A model generated the notes under the pieces. The model ran no database searches. It was not told where the DNA came from and was given only the letters and a program-made list of their open reading frames with translations. A stretch of DNA of 64,000 bases from Longimicrobiales bacterium (GTDB lineage Bacteria > Gemmatimonadota > Gemmatimonadetes > Longimicrobiales > Gaopeijiaceae), in assembly GCA_963664435.2 (NCBI GenBank), contig CAXXKM010000002.1, positions 672,001 to 736,000 on the forward strand. The letters are read 5' to 3'. The translations under genes were made by a program, and so were the position numbers. Positions 45,700-55,820 of this stretch are shown piece by piece. Positions within the stretch are counted from its first letter, which is position 1, and the number at the start of each line of letters is the position of its first letter.

Positions 45700-48600
45700 A
45701 TGCACAGCTGTCGCCTCCTTCCGCTCGCTCGGGCAGTCCTCCTCGCTCTCGGCTTCGCCGGCGTCTCGTCCATCGCCCCGCAAGGTGCGCAGGCTCAGGA
45801 GCCTCCGGCCGCGGAAAACGACGACGACACCCCTGAGAACGAGGACCTTCCCCTCCCCGTCGACCGGACCGTTTCCATCGACATGACGGAGGGCAGCTGG
45901 ATCTCGCTGGACGTCAGCCCCGATGGACAGACCATCGTCTTCGACTTCCTGGGCGACCTCTTCACCATCCCCATCGAGGGCGGCACCGCGACCCGGCTCA
46001 CCTCCGGAATGGCCTTCGACGCCCAGCCGCGCTTCTCGCCGGACGGGACGCGCATCGTCTACACCTCGGACTACGACGGGGGCCAGAACGTCTGGATCAT
46101 GTCGCTGGACGGCTCGGACACGGTGCAGGTGTCCCGCGGCGCCTCGAACCGCACCGAATCGCCCGAGTGGATGCCGGACGGGGACTACGTGGTCGCGGCG
46201 GTGGGCAACTTCCGGGGCGGGAATCTGCCCAAGCTCAAGATGTTCCACGTGGACGGCGGCGGCGGCATCGAACTGGTCTCCGAGCCCGACAACATGAAGG
46301 TGACCGGGCCGGCGGTCTCACCCGACGGACGCCACGTGTGGTACGCGCGCCGTACCGGCGACTGGCAGTACAATGCACAGTTCCCGCAGTACCAGCTCGA
46401 GGCCTACGACCGCGAGGACGGCGAACGCTACCCAAAGTCGTCGCGCTACGGTTCGGCGGTGCGGCCCACGCTCTCGCCCGACGGACGCTGGCTGGTGTTC
46501 GGGACCCGCCACGACGACCAGACCGGGCTCCTGATCCGCGACCTGGAGACGAGCGAGGAGCGCTGGCTCGCGCATCCGGTGCAGCACGACGACCAGGAGT
46601 CGCGGGCGACGCTGGATGTCCTGCCGGGCATGTCCTTCACACCGGATTCGCGCTTCCTGGTGGTTTCCTACGGGGGCAGGATGTGGAAGCTGCCGGTCGA
46701 AGGGGGGGACGCCGAGGAGATTCCGTTCCGGGTGCAGATGGAGCTGACGCTGGGGCCGCGGGTCGATTTCGACTACCCCATCGAGGACACGCCCACCTTC
46801 ACCGTGCGCCAGATTCGCGACGCGGTGCCGTCGCCCGACGGCGGGATGCTCGCGTTCACCGCACTCGACCGGCTTTGGGTTTCCGACGCTGATGGCTCCA
46901 ACGCGAGGCGGATCACCGATGCCGACCGCTCCGAGCACTTCCCGGCCTGGTCGCCGGACGGGGAGTGGATCGCCTACTCGACGTGGGACGGTGAGGTGGG
47001 GCACATGTACAAGTCCCGGGCGGACGGCGGGGGGGATCCGGAGCGCCTGACCAGCGAGCCCGCGGCCTACTTCTCTCCCGCGTGGGGGCCGGGCAACCGC
47101 CTGGTTGCGCTGAGGGGCTTCATCCGCGCCTACGAAAGCCAGGGCGAGGCCGGTACCCCCGGTAACGAGATCGTCCTGGTGTCGACGGAGCCCGACGGCG
47201 ATGACGGAGGCCCCGTGACCGTGATCGCGCCAAGCGACGGGCGGCGCGACCTGCACTTCGTGGAGGGCGAAGAGGACCGCATTCATATGTTCCGCCCGCC
47301 CGACCTGCTGGTGTCGATCCGGTGGGACGGCAGCGACGAGAAGGAGCACGTGCGGGTGCGGGGCGCCACCCTGACCGGAGCGACCCAGGGACTCGCGCCC
47401 ACGACCGTGCAGATGGCGCCGCGCGGGGACCAGGCGCTGGTGGAGCTTCAGCGCGAGATCTACAGCGTGACCGTGCCCCGGATCGGGATCACGCCCACCA
47501 TCAACGTCTCCAACCCGGACAACGCGGCCTTCCCGGCGCGCCAGCTGACCGACATCGGCGGCGAGTTCCCGGCCTGGAGCGGCGACGGCCGCTCGGTGCA
47601 CTGGTCGCTGGGCAACGCGCACTTCATCTACGACCTGGATGCCGCCGAAGCGTTCGAGGACAGCGTTGCGGCAGCGGAAGAATCGGAGGAGGAAGAAGAG
47701 GAGGAGGCGGAAGAGGAAGCCGGGGAGCAGGAGGAAGCGGAGGACGAAGACGACGAAGAGTACCAAGCGGCGGAGTTCCGGGTGCTCATCGATGCGCCCC
47801 GTGACATCCCCGAGGGCCTGGCCGTGCTGCGGGGCGCGCGCGCGATCACCATGAACGGCGACGAGGTCATCGAAAACGCCGACATCGTGGTGCGCGACAA
47901 CCGGATCGAGGCGGTGGGCGCGAGCGGGTCGGTGATGGTACCGGAGGGCGCGACCGTGATCGACGTGTCCGGCCGCACCATCGTGCCCGGATACGTGGAC
48001 ACGCACGCCCACCTGCGGGCGCGCGACCAGCTGCACCGGACCGACGTGTGGCCCTACCTGGCCAACCTGGCCTACGGCGTGACCACCACCCGCGACCCCC
48101 AGACCGGCAACACCGAGGTGCTCTCGTACGCCGACATGGTGCGCACCGGGTCGATCCTCGGGCCGCGCGTCTACTCGACGGGTCCGGGCGTCTTCTGGCA
48201 GGACCAGATCGACACGGCCGAGGAGGCGCACGACGTCCTGAAGCGGTATTCCGACTACTTCGACACCAAGACCATCAAGATGTACGTGGCCGCCGCCCGA
48301 AAGGGCCGCCAGCACATCATCATGGCCGCGCGCGAGCTGGGGCTCATGCCCACCACCGAGGGCTCGCTCAACATCCGCCAGAACCTGACCGAGACCATCG
48401 ACGGATATCCGGGCCTCGAGCATTCGATCCCGATCTTCCCGGTGTACGACGACTACGTCCGCCTGTTCGCCGAAACCGGCCGGGTCTACACCCCGACGCT
48501 GCTGGTCTCGTACGGCGGTCCCTGGGCGGAGAACTACTTCTACAGCCGCGAGAACCCGCACGACGACGCCAAGCTTCGGCGCTTCACCCCGCATGACGAG

Positions 48601-49068
48601 ATCGACAGCCGGACCCTGCGCCGCCCGCAGTGGTTCCGCGGCGACCAGCACACCTTCTCGCGCCACGGCGAGTTCGTGAAGGACCTCGTCGAGGGCGGAG
48701 GCAAGGCGGGCGTCGGCAGCCACGGCCAGCTCCAGGGGCTCGGGTACCACTGGGAACTGTGGGCGATGGCGGCCGCGGACATGGACGAGCACGACGCGCT
48801 GCGCACGGCCACCATCTTCGGGGCCGAGGCGATCGGGCTGGACCAGGACCTGGGCACCATCGAGGCCGGCAAACTGGCCGACCTGGTCATCCTGGAGGGC
48901 AACCCGCTCGACGACCTGCGCAACACCAACACCGTGGACCGGGTGATGCTCAACGGCCGCCTGTACGATGGCGACACGCTGGACGAGGTCTATCCGCGCG
49001 AGCGGCCGCTGGCGCCGCTCTGGTGGTGGGACGACGAGCCGGAGGGGGTGCCGGGGGTGGGGCGGTAG
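45700..49068 (+). CDS. PD40/TolB beta-propeller plus amidohydrolase fusion, exported
   Basis: Multiple P.FSPDG repeats; PGYVDTHAH, IKMY, GSHGQLQG, GTIEAGKLADL; acidic linker. Confidence 0.9.
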   Translation: MHSCRLLPLARAVLLALGFAGVSSIAPQGAQAQEPPAAENDDDTPENEDLPLPVDRTVSIDMTEGSWISLDVSPDGQTIVFDFLGDLFTIPIEGGTATRLTSGMAFDAQPRFSPDGTRIVYTSDYDGGQNVWIMSLDGSDTVQVSRGASNRTESPEWMPDGDYVVAAVGNFRGGNLPKLKMFHVDGGGGIELVSEPDNMKVTGPAVSPDGRHVWYARRTGDWQYNAQFPQYQLEAYDREDGERYPKSSRYGSAVRPTLSPDGRWLVFGTRHDDQTGLLIRDLETSEERWLAHPVQHDDQESRATLDVLPGMSFTPDSRFLVVSYGGRMWKLPVEGGDAEEIPFRVQMELTLGPRVDFDYPIEDTPTFTVRQIRDAVPSPDGGMLAFTALDRLWVSDADGSNARRITDADRSEHFPAWSPDGEWIAYSTWDGEVGHMYKSRADGGGDPERLTSEPAAYFSPAWGPGNRLVALRGFIRAYESQGEAGTPGNEIVLVSTEPDGDDGGPVTVIAPSDGRRDLHFVEGEEDRIHMFRPPDLLVSIRWDGSDEKEHVRVRGATLTGATQGLAPTTVQMAPRGDQALVELQREIYSVTVPRIGITPTINVSNPDNAAFPARQLTDIGGEFPAWSGDGRSVHWSLGNAHFIYDLDAAEAFEDSVAAAEESEEEEEEEAEEEAGEQEEAEDEDDEEYQAAEFRVLIDAPRDIPEGLAVLRGARAITMNGDEVIENADIVVRDNRIEAVGASGSVMVPEGATVIDVSGRTIVPGYVDTHAHLRARDQLHRTDVWPYLANLAYGVTTTRDPQTGNTEVLSYADMVRTGSILGPRVYSTGPGVFWQDQIDTAEEAHDVLKRYSDYFDTKTIKMYVAAARKGRQHIIMAARELGLMPTTEGSLNIRQNLTETIDGYPGLEHSIPIFPVYDDYVRLFAETGRVYTPTLLVSYGGPWAENYFYSRENPHDDAKLRRFTPHDEIDSRTLRRPQWFRGDQHTFSRHGEFVKDLVEGGGKAGVGSHGQLQGLGYHWELWAMAAADMDEHDALRTATIFGAEAIGLDQDLGTIEAGKLADLVILEGNPLDDLRNTNTVDRVMLNGRLYDGDTLDEVYPRERPLAPLWWWDDEPEGVPGVGR

Positions 49069-49139
49069 GAGCAGGACGTCCGGCTGGAGTCCGTGCGTCG
49101 GACCCTGGCGGGCCAATCGGGAAAGGGGTCTGTTGGCCC

Positions 49140-49733
49140 CTAACCCTTTTGCTTCTCCATCCAGCGCATCGGCGGAATGACCTTGCCGGCGGCGCACGAC
49201 TCGATGAGGATCCCCAGCCGGCGCAGGCGCGTCTCCTCCCGCTTGGCGCCGACCACCCAGCGGGTTACGTGCTTGCGGTACGAGGGTGTCGCGTTCCTGA
49301 AGTACGCCCATGCGCCCGGCCGCGCCTTGATCAGGCGCTCGTACGCTGCCGGCATCACCACGGCATCCCTCGCGCCCGGTTGCTCGTCCTTGGCGGGGTC
49401 GCGCCTTCGATATGCGGCGAGTCCGGGTTCAGCCACGACCCCCTGCGCGAGGAGCAATTCCATGCGCGCGAGGTTGCGCGCGCTCCAGCGGCTGCGCTTC
49501 CGGCGCGGGGTGAAGCGGATCTTGTAGGCCTTGTCGTCGACCGAGCGCTTCAGCCCGTCGATCCAGCCGTAGCAGAGGGCCAGGTCAACCGATTCGGGCA
49601 CGGTGACGCTGGGCAGCTTCGTTGCCTTCTTGTAGTAGCCCACCCACATCACGTCGACCTTGTCATGGTTCGCCTCGAACCAGGCGCGCAGGTCGGCCGG
49701 GGTGGGAAAGAAGTGGGGGGTGGCGTCTTCCAT
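49140..49733 (-). CDS. YdeI/OmpD-associated family protein
   Basis: LRAWF..NH, ALCYGWIDG, FTPRRKRS.WS..N, AKREETR.RR. Confidence 0.9.
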   Translation of the reverse strand: MEDATPHFFPTPADLRAWFEANHDKVDVMWVGYYKKATKLPSVTVPESVDLALCYGWIDGLKRSVDDKAYKIRFTPRRKRSRWSARNLARMELLLAQGVVAEPGLAAYRRRDPAKDEQPGARDAVVMPAAYERLIKARPGAWAYFRNATPSYRKHVTRWVVGAKREETRLRRLGILIESCAAGKVIPPMRWMEKQKG

Positions 49734-49764
49734 TGGGATGTCCGATTCCGACCGAGCGACTGAT

Positions 49765-49779
49765 TACGTAAATTACGTA
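49765..49779. promoter_or_regulatory. 7-1-7 inverted repeat TACGTAA-A-TTACGTA, putative operator
   Basis: Perfect palindrome in an AT-rich patch about 30 bp upstream of the YdeI ATG. Confidence 0.55.
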
Positions 49780-49875
49780 TTTTGTGTAATTGGGCCGAAA
49801 GGCAACGCAGAGCAACACGATCCAACGAGGATGCATCGCCGCTCGAATGGCGGGAGGAGTTTGGCCACGAGCTCC

Positions 49876-51573
49876 TTAGATCTCTCCCCGCCTCGACGCC
49901 CACACCGCGTAGTGGCTCGCCCGGGCCGCGAGCGCCATGTAGGTCAGCGACGGGTTCTGGCATCCGGACGAGGTCATGGCCGCGCCGTCGATGACGAAGA
50001 GGTTGGGCACGTCCCAGGCCTGGTTGAAGGCGTTGAGCACGGACGTCGCCGGGTCGCGGCCCATGCGCGCGGTGCCCATTTCGTGGATGGCGAGCCCGGG
50101 CGGCGAGACCACTGGCTGGGGGATGATGTCCCGCGCGCCCGCAGCCTCCAGCATTTCGGCGGCCTGTTCCACCGCTTCCCGCATCATCGCGCGCTCGTTC
50201 TCGCTCCAGTCACAGCGGATGCGCAGCGTGGGGACGCCCCAGGCGTCGACCTGCTCCGGGTCGAGGGCCACGTGGTTCTCCTCGCGCGGGAGGCACTCGC
50301 CGAAGGCGTGCAGCCGGAACTCCCAGGGGCCCGGGCGGGTGAGCTCGCGCTTGAAGTCGGCTCCGAAGCCCGGCATCGAGGTTCCGCGTCCCCATCCCAG
50401 GCGCTCGGCGGCGCCCTGGAACCCGTAGCCGCGCACGAAATCGGAGGAAGGCTCGGTGACGTTGGCGAAGCGGGCGATGTAGATGCCGTTGGGCCGCCGG
50501 CCGCGCGTGGTGCGGTCGTCCCAGCCGTCGAAGGTGGCGCGCGTGTCGTCGCACATGGCGTGGTCCATGAGGTACTTGCCGAGCACGCCGCTCGAGTTGG
50601 CCAGGCCATCGGGGAAGTCGGATGACGTCGAGTTGAGGAGGATGCGGGTCGATTCCAGGGCGGAGGCCCCCAGGAAGACGGTGCGCGCGTGGTACTCCAG
50701 CTCTTCGTGGGTCTCGCGGTCGATGACACGCACGCCGGTCACGCGTCCCCTCGCCGGGTCCCAGATGACGCTGGGCACCACGCTGTTGGGGCGCAGGGTC
50801 AGGCGGCCGGTCGCTTCAGCCGCGGGAAGGGTCGCGTTGATGGAGCTGAAATAGCTGCGGGTGCGGCAGCCGCGGTGACACGGGCCGCAGTAGTGGCAGG
50901 CGCGGCGGCCCTTGTGGTCGCGGGTGAGCACGGCGGTGCGCCCGATGGTCATGCGCCGGGTGCCGCCGTACGCACGTTCGATCGAATCGCGCATGTGCTC
51001 CTCGACGCAGGACATCGGCATCGGCGGCAGAAAGACTCCGTCCGGTACCTGGGCCAGCCCCTCGGCCTGTCCGCTGATGCCGACGAAGGCCTCGACGTGG
51101 TCGTACCAGGGGGCGATGTCGGCGTGGCGGATGGGCCAGTCGATGCCGTGGCCGTCGCGGGCGTTGGCCTCGAAGTCGAGGTCGCTCAGCCGGTAGCACT
51201 GCCGCGCCCACATGATCGAGCGGCCCCCGACCTGGCGTCCGCGGATCCACAGGAAAGGCTCCTCGGAGTCGCTGGTGTAGGGGTGCTCGTTGTCGTTGAC
51301 GAAGAACTTGCGCGCCACTTCGTCACAGGCGTAGCACTGGCTCTGGATGGGCTGGTCGGTGGCCAGGGCCTTGCGGTCGTTCCAGCCCCGGTAGGGCATC
51401 TCCGATGGGCGGGTGTGCTCGCCGTAGTCCCGCTCGGGGTCGATGGCGGGCCCGGCTTCGAGGACGAGGACGGTGGCGCCCAGTTCGGTGAGTTCCTTGG
51501 CCGCCCATCCGCCGGACATGCCCGAGCCGACGACGATGGCGTCGTATTCCTGGCGGCGTCGGCGGATGTTCAT
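49876..51573 (-). CDS. GMC oxidoreductase (glycoside 3-dehydrogenase large-subunit type)
   Basis: GSGMSGGWAAKEL, VGGRSIMW, CHYCGPC..GC cluster, HEMGTARMG, QNPSLTYMA. Confidence 0.92.
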   Translation of the reverse strand: MNIRRRRQEYDAIVVGSGMSGGWAAKELTELGATVLVLEAGPAIDPERDYGEHTRPSEMPYRGWNDRKALATDQPIQSQCYACDEVARKFFVNDNEHPYTSDSEEPFLWIRGRQVGGRSIMWARQCYRLSDLDFEANARDGHGIDWPIRHADIAPWYDHVEAFVGISGQAEGLAQVPDGVFLPPMPMSCVEEHMRDSIERAYGGTRRMTIGRTAVLTRDHKGRRACHYCGPCHRGCRTRSYFSSINATLPAAEATGRLTLRPNSVVPSVIWDPARGRVTGVRVIDRETHEELEYHARTVFLGASALESTRILLNSTSSDFPDGLANSSGVLGKYLMDHAMCDDTRATFDGWDDRTTRGRRPNGIYIARFANVTEPSSDFVRGYGFQGAAERLGWGRGTSMPGFGADFKRELTRPGPWEFRLHAFGECLPREENHVALDPEQVDAWGVPTLRIRCDWSENERAMMREAVEQAAEMLEAAGARDIIPQPVVSPPGLAIHEMGTARMGRDPATSVLNAFNQAWDVPNLFVIDGAAMTSSGCQNPSLTYMALAARASHYAVWASRRGEI

Positions 51574-52256
51574 GGGCCGAGTTCCGCAGTGGGGGCGGAC
51601 GCCGCGTGGGGCGCCGGGCTGCCGGATTGGACATCCTCAGCCCCGGTCGAGCCGCTTTCTGCGGCCGTCAGCGGCGCGCACCCCTCGAAGGCGGGGAAGG
51701 TGGTGCGGTAGCCGATGGCCTCCAGGCCCACCTCCGAGGTGAAGTACGCGGTCAGGGTGAAGCGCTTCACGTCGTGGAAGAAGTGCCGGGTCTCGTCGGT
51801 GGCGGGGTCGTCGCGGAGGCGGGTCAGTTCGGCGTCGAGGTCGCCCACCAGCGCCGCCTGCTGGGCCGGCGGGCAATCGGCGAAGTCGCTGCCGAAGCGG
51901 TCGCGGGCCGCCGGGTCCACCGTGTCGAGGCCCGCCAGGAACCGGTCGCGGTCGTCGTCGTCCAGCCACCCGTCCACCAAAGCAGCCACGAATTCCGTCA
52001 CACCGGCCTCCGATGCACCCGGGGTGTCGGTCGCGGGGATGATCACCTCGGCCAGGGCGGCCATTGCGCGCGCGCGGGGAGGGGTGAGGAGGCTGGCGGC
52101 CACCTGCGCCGCAGCGGCGTCGGTTCCCGCGGGCGCTCCGGCGGACGCGCGCACCCGCTCCGCCCAGGCGACCAGCTCCGCGAAGGCGCCTTCGGGCGCG
52201 AGCAGGGGACCGCCCACGATCCCGCCCAGCACGCCGATGGCCCGCCTTCGCTTCAT
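51570..52256 (-). CDS. Gluconate 2-dehydrogenase subunit 3 family (Tat small subunit)
   Basis: MKRRRAI; IIPATDTPGA, F..........Q, YFTSE.G. Confidence 0.88.
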   Translation of the reverse strand: MKRRRAIGVLGGIVGGPLLAPEGAFAELVAWAERVRASAGAPAGTDAAAAQVAASLLTPPRARAMAALAEVIIPATDTPGASEAGVTEFVAALVDGWLDDDDRDRFLAGLDTVDPAARDRFGSDFADCPPAQQAALVGDLDAELTRLRDDPATDETRHFFHDVKRFTLTAYFTSEVGLEAIGYRTTFPAFEGCAPLTAAESGSTGAEDVQSGSPAPHAASAPTAELGP

Positions 52257-52331
52257 GGGTTACCGTTTCCGCCGCCTGACGCGGCCGTGTCGGGACGAGG
52301 TTTCTCCGAACGAATTGGAGGCTCGGAAAAG

Positions 52332-53210
52332 ATGCCCAACCTTACACGTCGCCAAGTCCTGAAAGCAACCGGCGCCGCTTCGCTGGGGTTGATCGTCCCG
52401 GGGGCCGCCCAGGCGGACATCACCAGCCCCGTCGCCGCCTCCCAGACCGGCATCATCCAGTCCGTGGCCCGCTGGTGCTTCGAGGACATCCCCCTGCGCC
52501 CCTTCTGCGGCGCGGTCGCGGAGATGGGGCTGCCCGCCATCGATCTCCTGCTCGTGGAGGAATGGGCGGTCGCGCACGACCACGGCCTGGTCGTCTCGTG
52601 CGGCGACGTTGGTGCGGGCACCATCGAGGACGGCCTGAACGAGCCCCGCAATCACAGCACCATCATCCGCGCCTTCGAGGAGCACATCCCGCGAGCCGCG
52701 CGCGAGGGCGTACCCAACGTGATCTGCTTCTTCGGCAACCGCCGCGGCATGCCGGATGCGCCGGCCATCGACAACTCGATCCAATGCCTCCGGGAATGCG
52801 CGCCGATCGCCGAAGCCGAAGGCGTGACGATCCTGGTCGAGGCGCTCAACTCCAAGCCGGGCGGCCACGTTGACTACATCGGCGACCACATGTCCTATGC
52901 CCTCGAGGTGATCCGCGCCGTCAACTCCTCCCGCGTGCGCATCCTCTACGACGTCTACCACATGCAGATCATGGAGGGGGACATCATCCGCACGCTCACC
53001 GACTCCAGCGACTGGATCGGCCACTACCACACCGGCGGCGTCCCCGGGCGCGCGGAGATCGACGAGTCCCAGGAACTCAACTATCCCGCAATCGTGCGCG
53101 CCATCCGCGACACGGGATTCAGCGGCTACATGGCCCACGAGTTCATCCCGCAGAGCGGCGATCCCCTGCGCTCGCTGAGGGAGGCCGTGGAGATGTGCGC
53201 GCAGGCGTAG
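52332..53210 (+). CDS. Hydroxypyruvate-isomerase-like TIM barrel protein with Tat signal
   Basis: TRRQVLK; E.LNSK, LYDVYHMQIMEGD, HYHTGGVPGR.E, HEF. Confidence 0.88.
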   Translation: MPNLTRRQVLKATGAASLGLIVPGAAQADITSPVAASQTGIIQSVARWCFEDIPLRPFCGAVAEMGLPAIDLLLVEEWAVAHDHGLVVSCGDVGAGTIEDGLNEPRNHSTIIRAFEEHIPRAAREGVPNVICFFGNRRGMPDAPAIDNSIQCLRECAPIAEAEGVTILVEALNSKPGGHVDYIGDHMSYALEVIRAVNSSRVRILYDVYHMQIMEGDIIRTLTDSSDWIGHYHTGGVPGRAEIDESQELNYPAIVRAIRDTGFSGYMAHEFIPQSGDPLRSLREAVEMCAQA

Positions 53211-53376
53211 GGTTGATCGAATCCGCAAGTCCATGAAATGGAAGAAAGAAGCGGTCAAGAACGCGGTCACCCAACCTGCCAAATAACGTATCAGACATCG
53301 GATTACTACTTCCCTATCTACCTGTAATACATTATCTTGTTCTGTCACATAACGTGTCAAACAAGGTGCACTAAAC

Positions 53377-54573
53377 ATGGATTGGTCGCGGTTCAGCTTC
53401 CAGTACCTTCTGGATCTGAAGGGCTTCATGCGCCTGCTCATCCGGATTGAGGGACGAAAAGAAGCGGCGATGAGCCTTCTACTGCCTTCCGAGTGGAAGG
53501 AAAGGCTAGACCTCCTGAACCGAATCAGAACGATCCACGGGTCGACCGCTCTAGAGGGCAACCCTCTGTCAGAGACCCAGGTCGGCAGGTTCCTTGAGGG
53601 GAAGGCAGAGCTTGATCCCATGAGCAGGGACATGCGTCAGATCCAGAACGCCGACGCCGCTCAAGAGTGGGTTAGAGCTCGGTTCGGTCCGGACAGGGCA
53701 CCGATCAGGCTCGAAGACATCCTACAGATGCACGAGCTGATGACGAGGCACTCCGACGAAACCAACAACGTTCCCGGCCGATTTCGCTCCCACGACGTTC
53801 AGGTCGGGACGCCAGACCTGGGTGGCATCCACGTGGGAGCGCCTTACGAGGGACTTAGCGGGTTCATGGCCGATTTCATATGCTTCGTGAATTCACCTCA
53901 GCTCAAGAACGAACACCCCGTGGTCAAGGCGCTGCTGGCCCACTTCTTTCTGGTCACGATCCATCCGTTCGGGGATGGAAACGGTCGTGTCTCGCGTCTC
54001 GTCGAAGCGGCCATCCTCTACGAGGGAGGCTACAACATCCACGGATTCTACGGGCTCTCGAACTACTTCTACCGAAACGGAGACGAATACAAGAGGCGGC
54101 TGCAGGAATGCCGCCGGCAACAGCCGTTTGATCTGGCGCCCTTTGTGGCCTTCGGGCTGCGCGGCTTCGAGGCCGAGCTGGAAGGAATAAACAACTTCAT
54201 CAAGACGAAGCTGAACCGCCTGGTCTACCGCGACACCATCACCAGCGCGCTCGCTCAGCGCGTGAGCAAGCGCCGGCGACTGCTAAATGTCCGAGAGTAT
54301 CAGCTTCTCGCCTTCCTTCTGGAAGAAACCGAGCCGCAGGATCCCTTCTCAGAGGATCCGTCCGAAAAGATCCGTTTGAGCGACCTGGTCAACTCGCCCT
54401 ACGTGAGAAGCGCCTATCATGATGTGACCAACAGGACCTTCAGGCGGGAACTGACGCGGCTGGCTGAACTGGGGTTCATCGTTTTCGACCATCTGCCCGA
54501 GTCCGGCGAATACACCGTCGAGATCGATTTCGGAGTCATCGAGAAGAATTTCGCCGAATTCAGCAGCGGTTAA
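53377..54573 (+). CDS. Fic-domain protein (class II-like) with C-terminal wHTH
   Basis: Canonical HPFGDGNGRVSR; N-terminal GSTALEGN inhibitory-helix motif; NRTFRRELTRLAELGFI. Confidence 0.92.
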   Translation: MDWSRFSFQYLLDLKGFMRLLIRIEGRKEAAMSLLLPSEWKERLDLLNRIRTIHGSTALEGNPLSETQVGRFLEGKAELDPMSRDMRQIQNADAAQEWVRARFGPDRAPIRLEDILQMHELMTRHSDETNNVPGRFRSHDVQVGTPDLGGIHVGAPYEGLSGFMADFICFVNSPQLKNEHPVVKALLAHFFLVTIHPFGDGNGRVSRLVEAAILYEGGYNIHGFYGLSNYFYRNGDEYKRRLQECRRQQPFDLAPFVAFGLRGFEAELEGINNFIKTKLNRLVYRDTITSALAQRVSKRRRLLNVREYQLLAFLLEETEPQDPFSEDPSEKIRLSDLVNSPYVRSAYHDVTNRTFRRELTRLAELGFIVFDHLPESGEYTVEIDFGVIEKNFAEFSSG

Positions 54574-54654
54574 CGCCGGGCCGGGGCGTGTCGACCGCGC
54601 CCTCGGTATTTCTTCCTCCTGGCCTCGCGATGCCGGAGCAGTCGCCCTGAGTAC

Positions 54655-55713
54655 CTAATACATCCGCTCCCCCTGGAAGACGTTGCGCATGTCTTCGTAA
54701 CGCCCGTCCAGGTAGCAGCGGAGGTTGTGGCGGAAGATGTCGGTGATCTTGCGGTTCTCGCTTGCGGCGTTCGCCGAGGAGTGGGGGCTGACGATCACGT
54801 TGGGCAGGTCCCAGAAGGGGCTGTCGGGCGGGAGCGGCTCGTCCGCGAACACGTCCAGGCCCGCGAGTGCGATGCGGCCGTCGCGCAGCGCTTCCAGGAG
54901 GGGCGCCTCGTCGACGACTCCGCCGCGGGCCACGTTGACCAGGACCGTCCCCGGCTTGAGCGCTCGCAACGCGGCGGCATCCAGCAGCCCGTCCGTTTCC
55001 GGCGTGTGGGGGACGCTGAGGACCAGGGCGTCGGCTTCGGCGAGCATTTCGTGCATGGCGTCGTTCGGATGGAGCGCGTCCACGCCGAGTTCCGCGGCTG
55101 AGCGGCGCGATCCCGGGCTGGCGAGAGCGACGACGCGCATCCCGAAGCAACGAGCCACCCGTGCCACCTGGCGCCCGACCTCCCCTGCCCCGACAATCGC
55201 GAGCGTCCTGCCCTCCAACTCCTCTCCGCAGAAGCGCTCCCACAGGTGCCGACGCTGAAGGTCGGCGAGATGGGAGAGCCTGCGCACGTGCGCAAGGAGG
55301 ACCAGGAAGACGAACTCGGCCAGAGGGCCGCCGTGCACGCCGCGCGCGGTCGTGATCAGCAGATCCGAGTCGAGCAGGCCCAACGCTTCGACTGTCCGGC
55401 CCACCCCTGAACTGGTCGCCTGGATCCAGCGCACATTCGGCGCGTAGGCGAGCCCCCCGCTGCCGTCCGGGTTGCGTGGCGGGAAGTCCCAGAGGATGTC
55501 GGCGCGCTCGAGATGCGCTCGCCAGCGCGCCTGTTGCTCGGGTGTGCGGCGGAAGTCGGCGGGACCGGTGTGGTCGGCCTCGTAGCGTTTGGGGGGCAGA
55601 ACATCCGGGTCGTAGACGACTTCGAGCCGCTCGGTGTCGACGGCTCGGATACGCTCCACCTGTTCTGACTCGAGCGGGCTGGCGATGAAGATGTTGAGGC
55701 GTTTCGGGGTCAT
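54655..55713 (-). CDS. D-2-hydroxyacid dehydrogenase family protein
   Basis: GAGEVG, VPHTPET, NVARG, LDVFADEP, SPHSS. Confidence 0.92.
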   Translation of the reverse strand: MTPKRLNIFIASPLESEQVERIRAVDTERLEVVYDPDVLPPKRYEADHTGPADFRRTPEQQARWRAHLERADILWDFPPRNPDGSGGLAYAPNVRWIQATSSGVGRTVEALGLLDSDLLITTARGVHGGPLAEFVFLVLLAHVRRLSHLADLQRRHLWERFCGEELEGRTLAIVGAGEVGRQVARVARCFGMRVVALASPGSRRSAAELGVDALHPNDAMHEMLAEADALVLSVPHTPETDGLLDAAALRALKPGTVLVNVARGGVVDEAPLLEALRDGRIALAGLDVFADEPLPPDSPFWDLPNVIVSPHSSANAASENRKITDIFRHNLRCYLDGRYEDMRNVFQGERMY

Positions 55714-55796
55714 GGGGGGCTGTGGCAGGCGGGGGTCGATGGAATGCGAGGAGGCTGGGAGCCTGTGCGCTCGTCCCGGCCGTTGGGGAGCGCACC

Positions 55797-55820
55797 TCGG
55801 ATAACCTATCGGATAACCTA
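55797..55820. repeat. Tandem 12-bp direct repeat TCGGATAACCTA x2 in divergent intergenic region
   Basis: Copies at 55797-55808 and 55809-55820. Confidence 0.8.

Noticed and set aside
47660..47765. Glu/Asp-rich purine-rich stretch
   Set aside because: Low-complexity acidic linker within the propeller-amidohydrolase gene.
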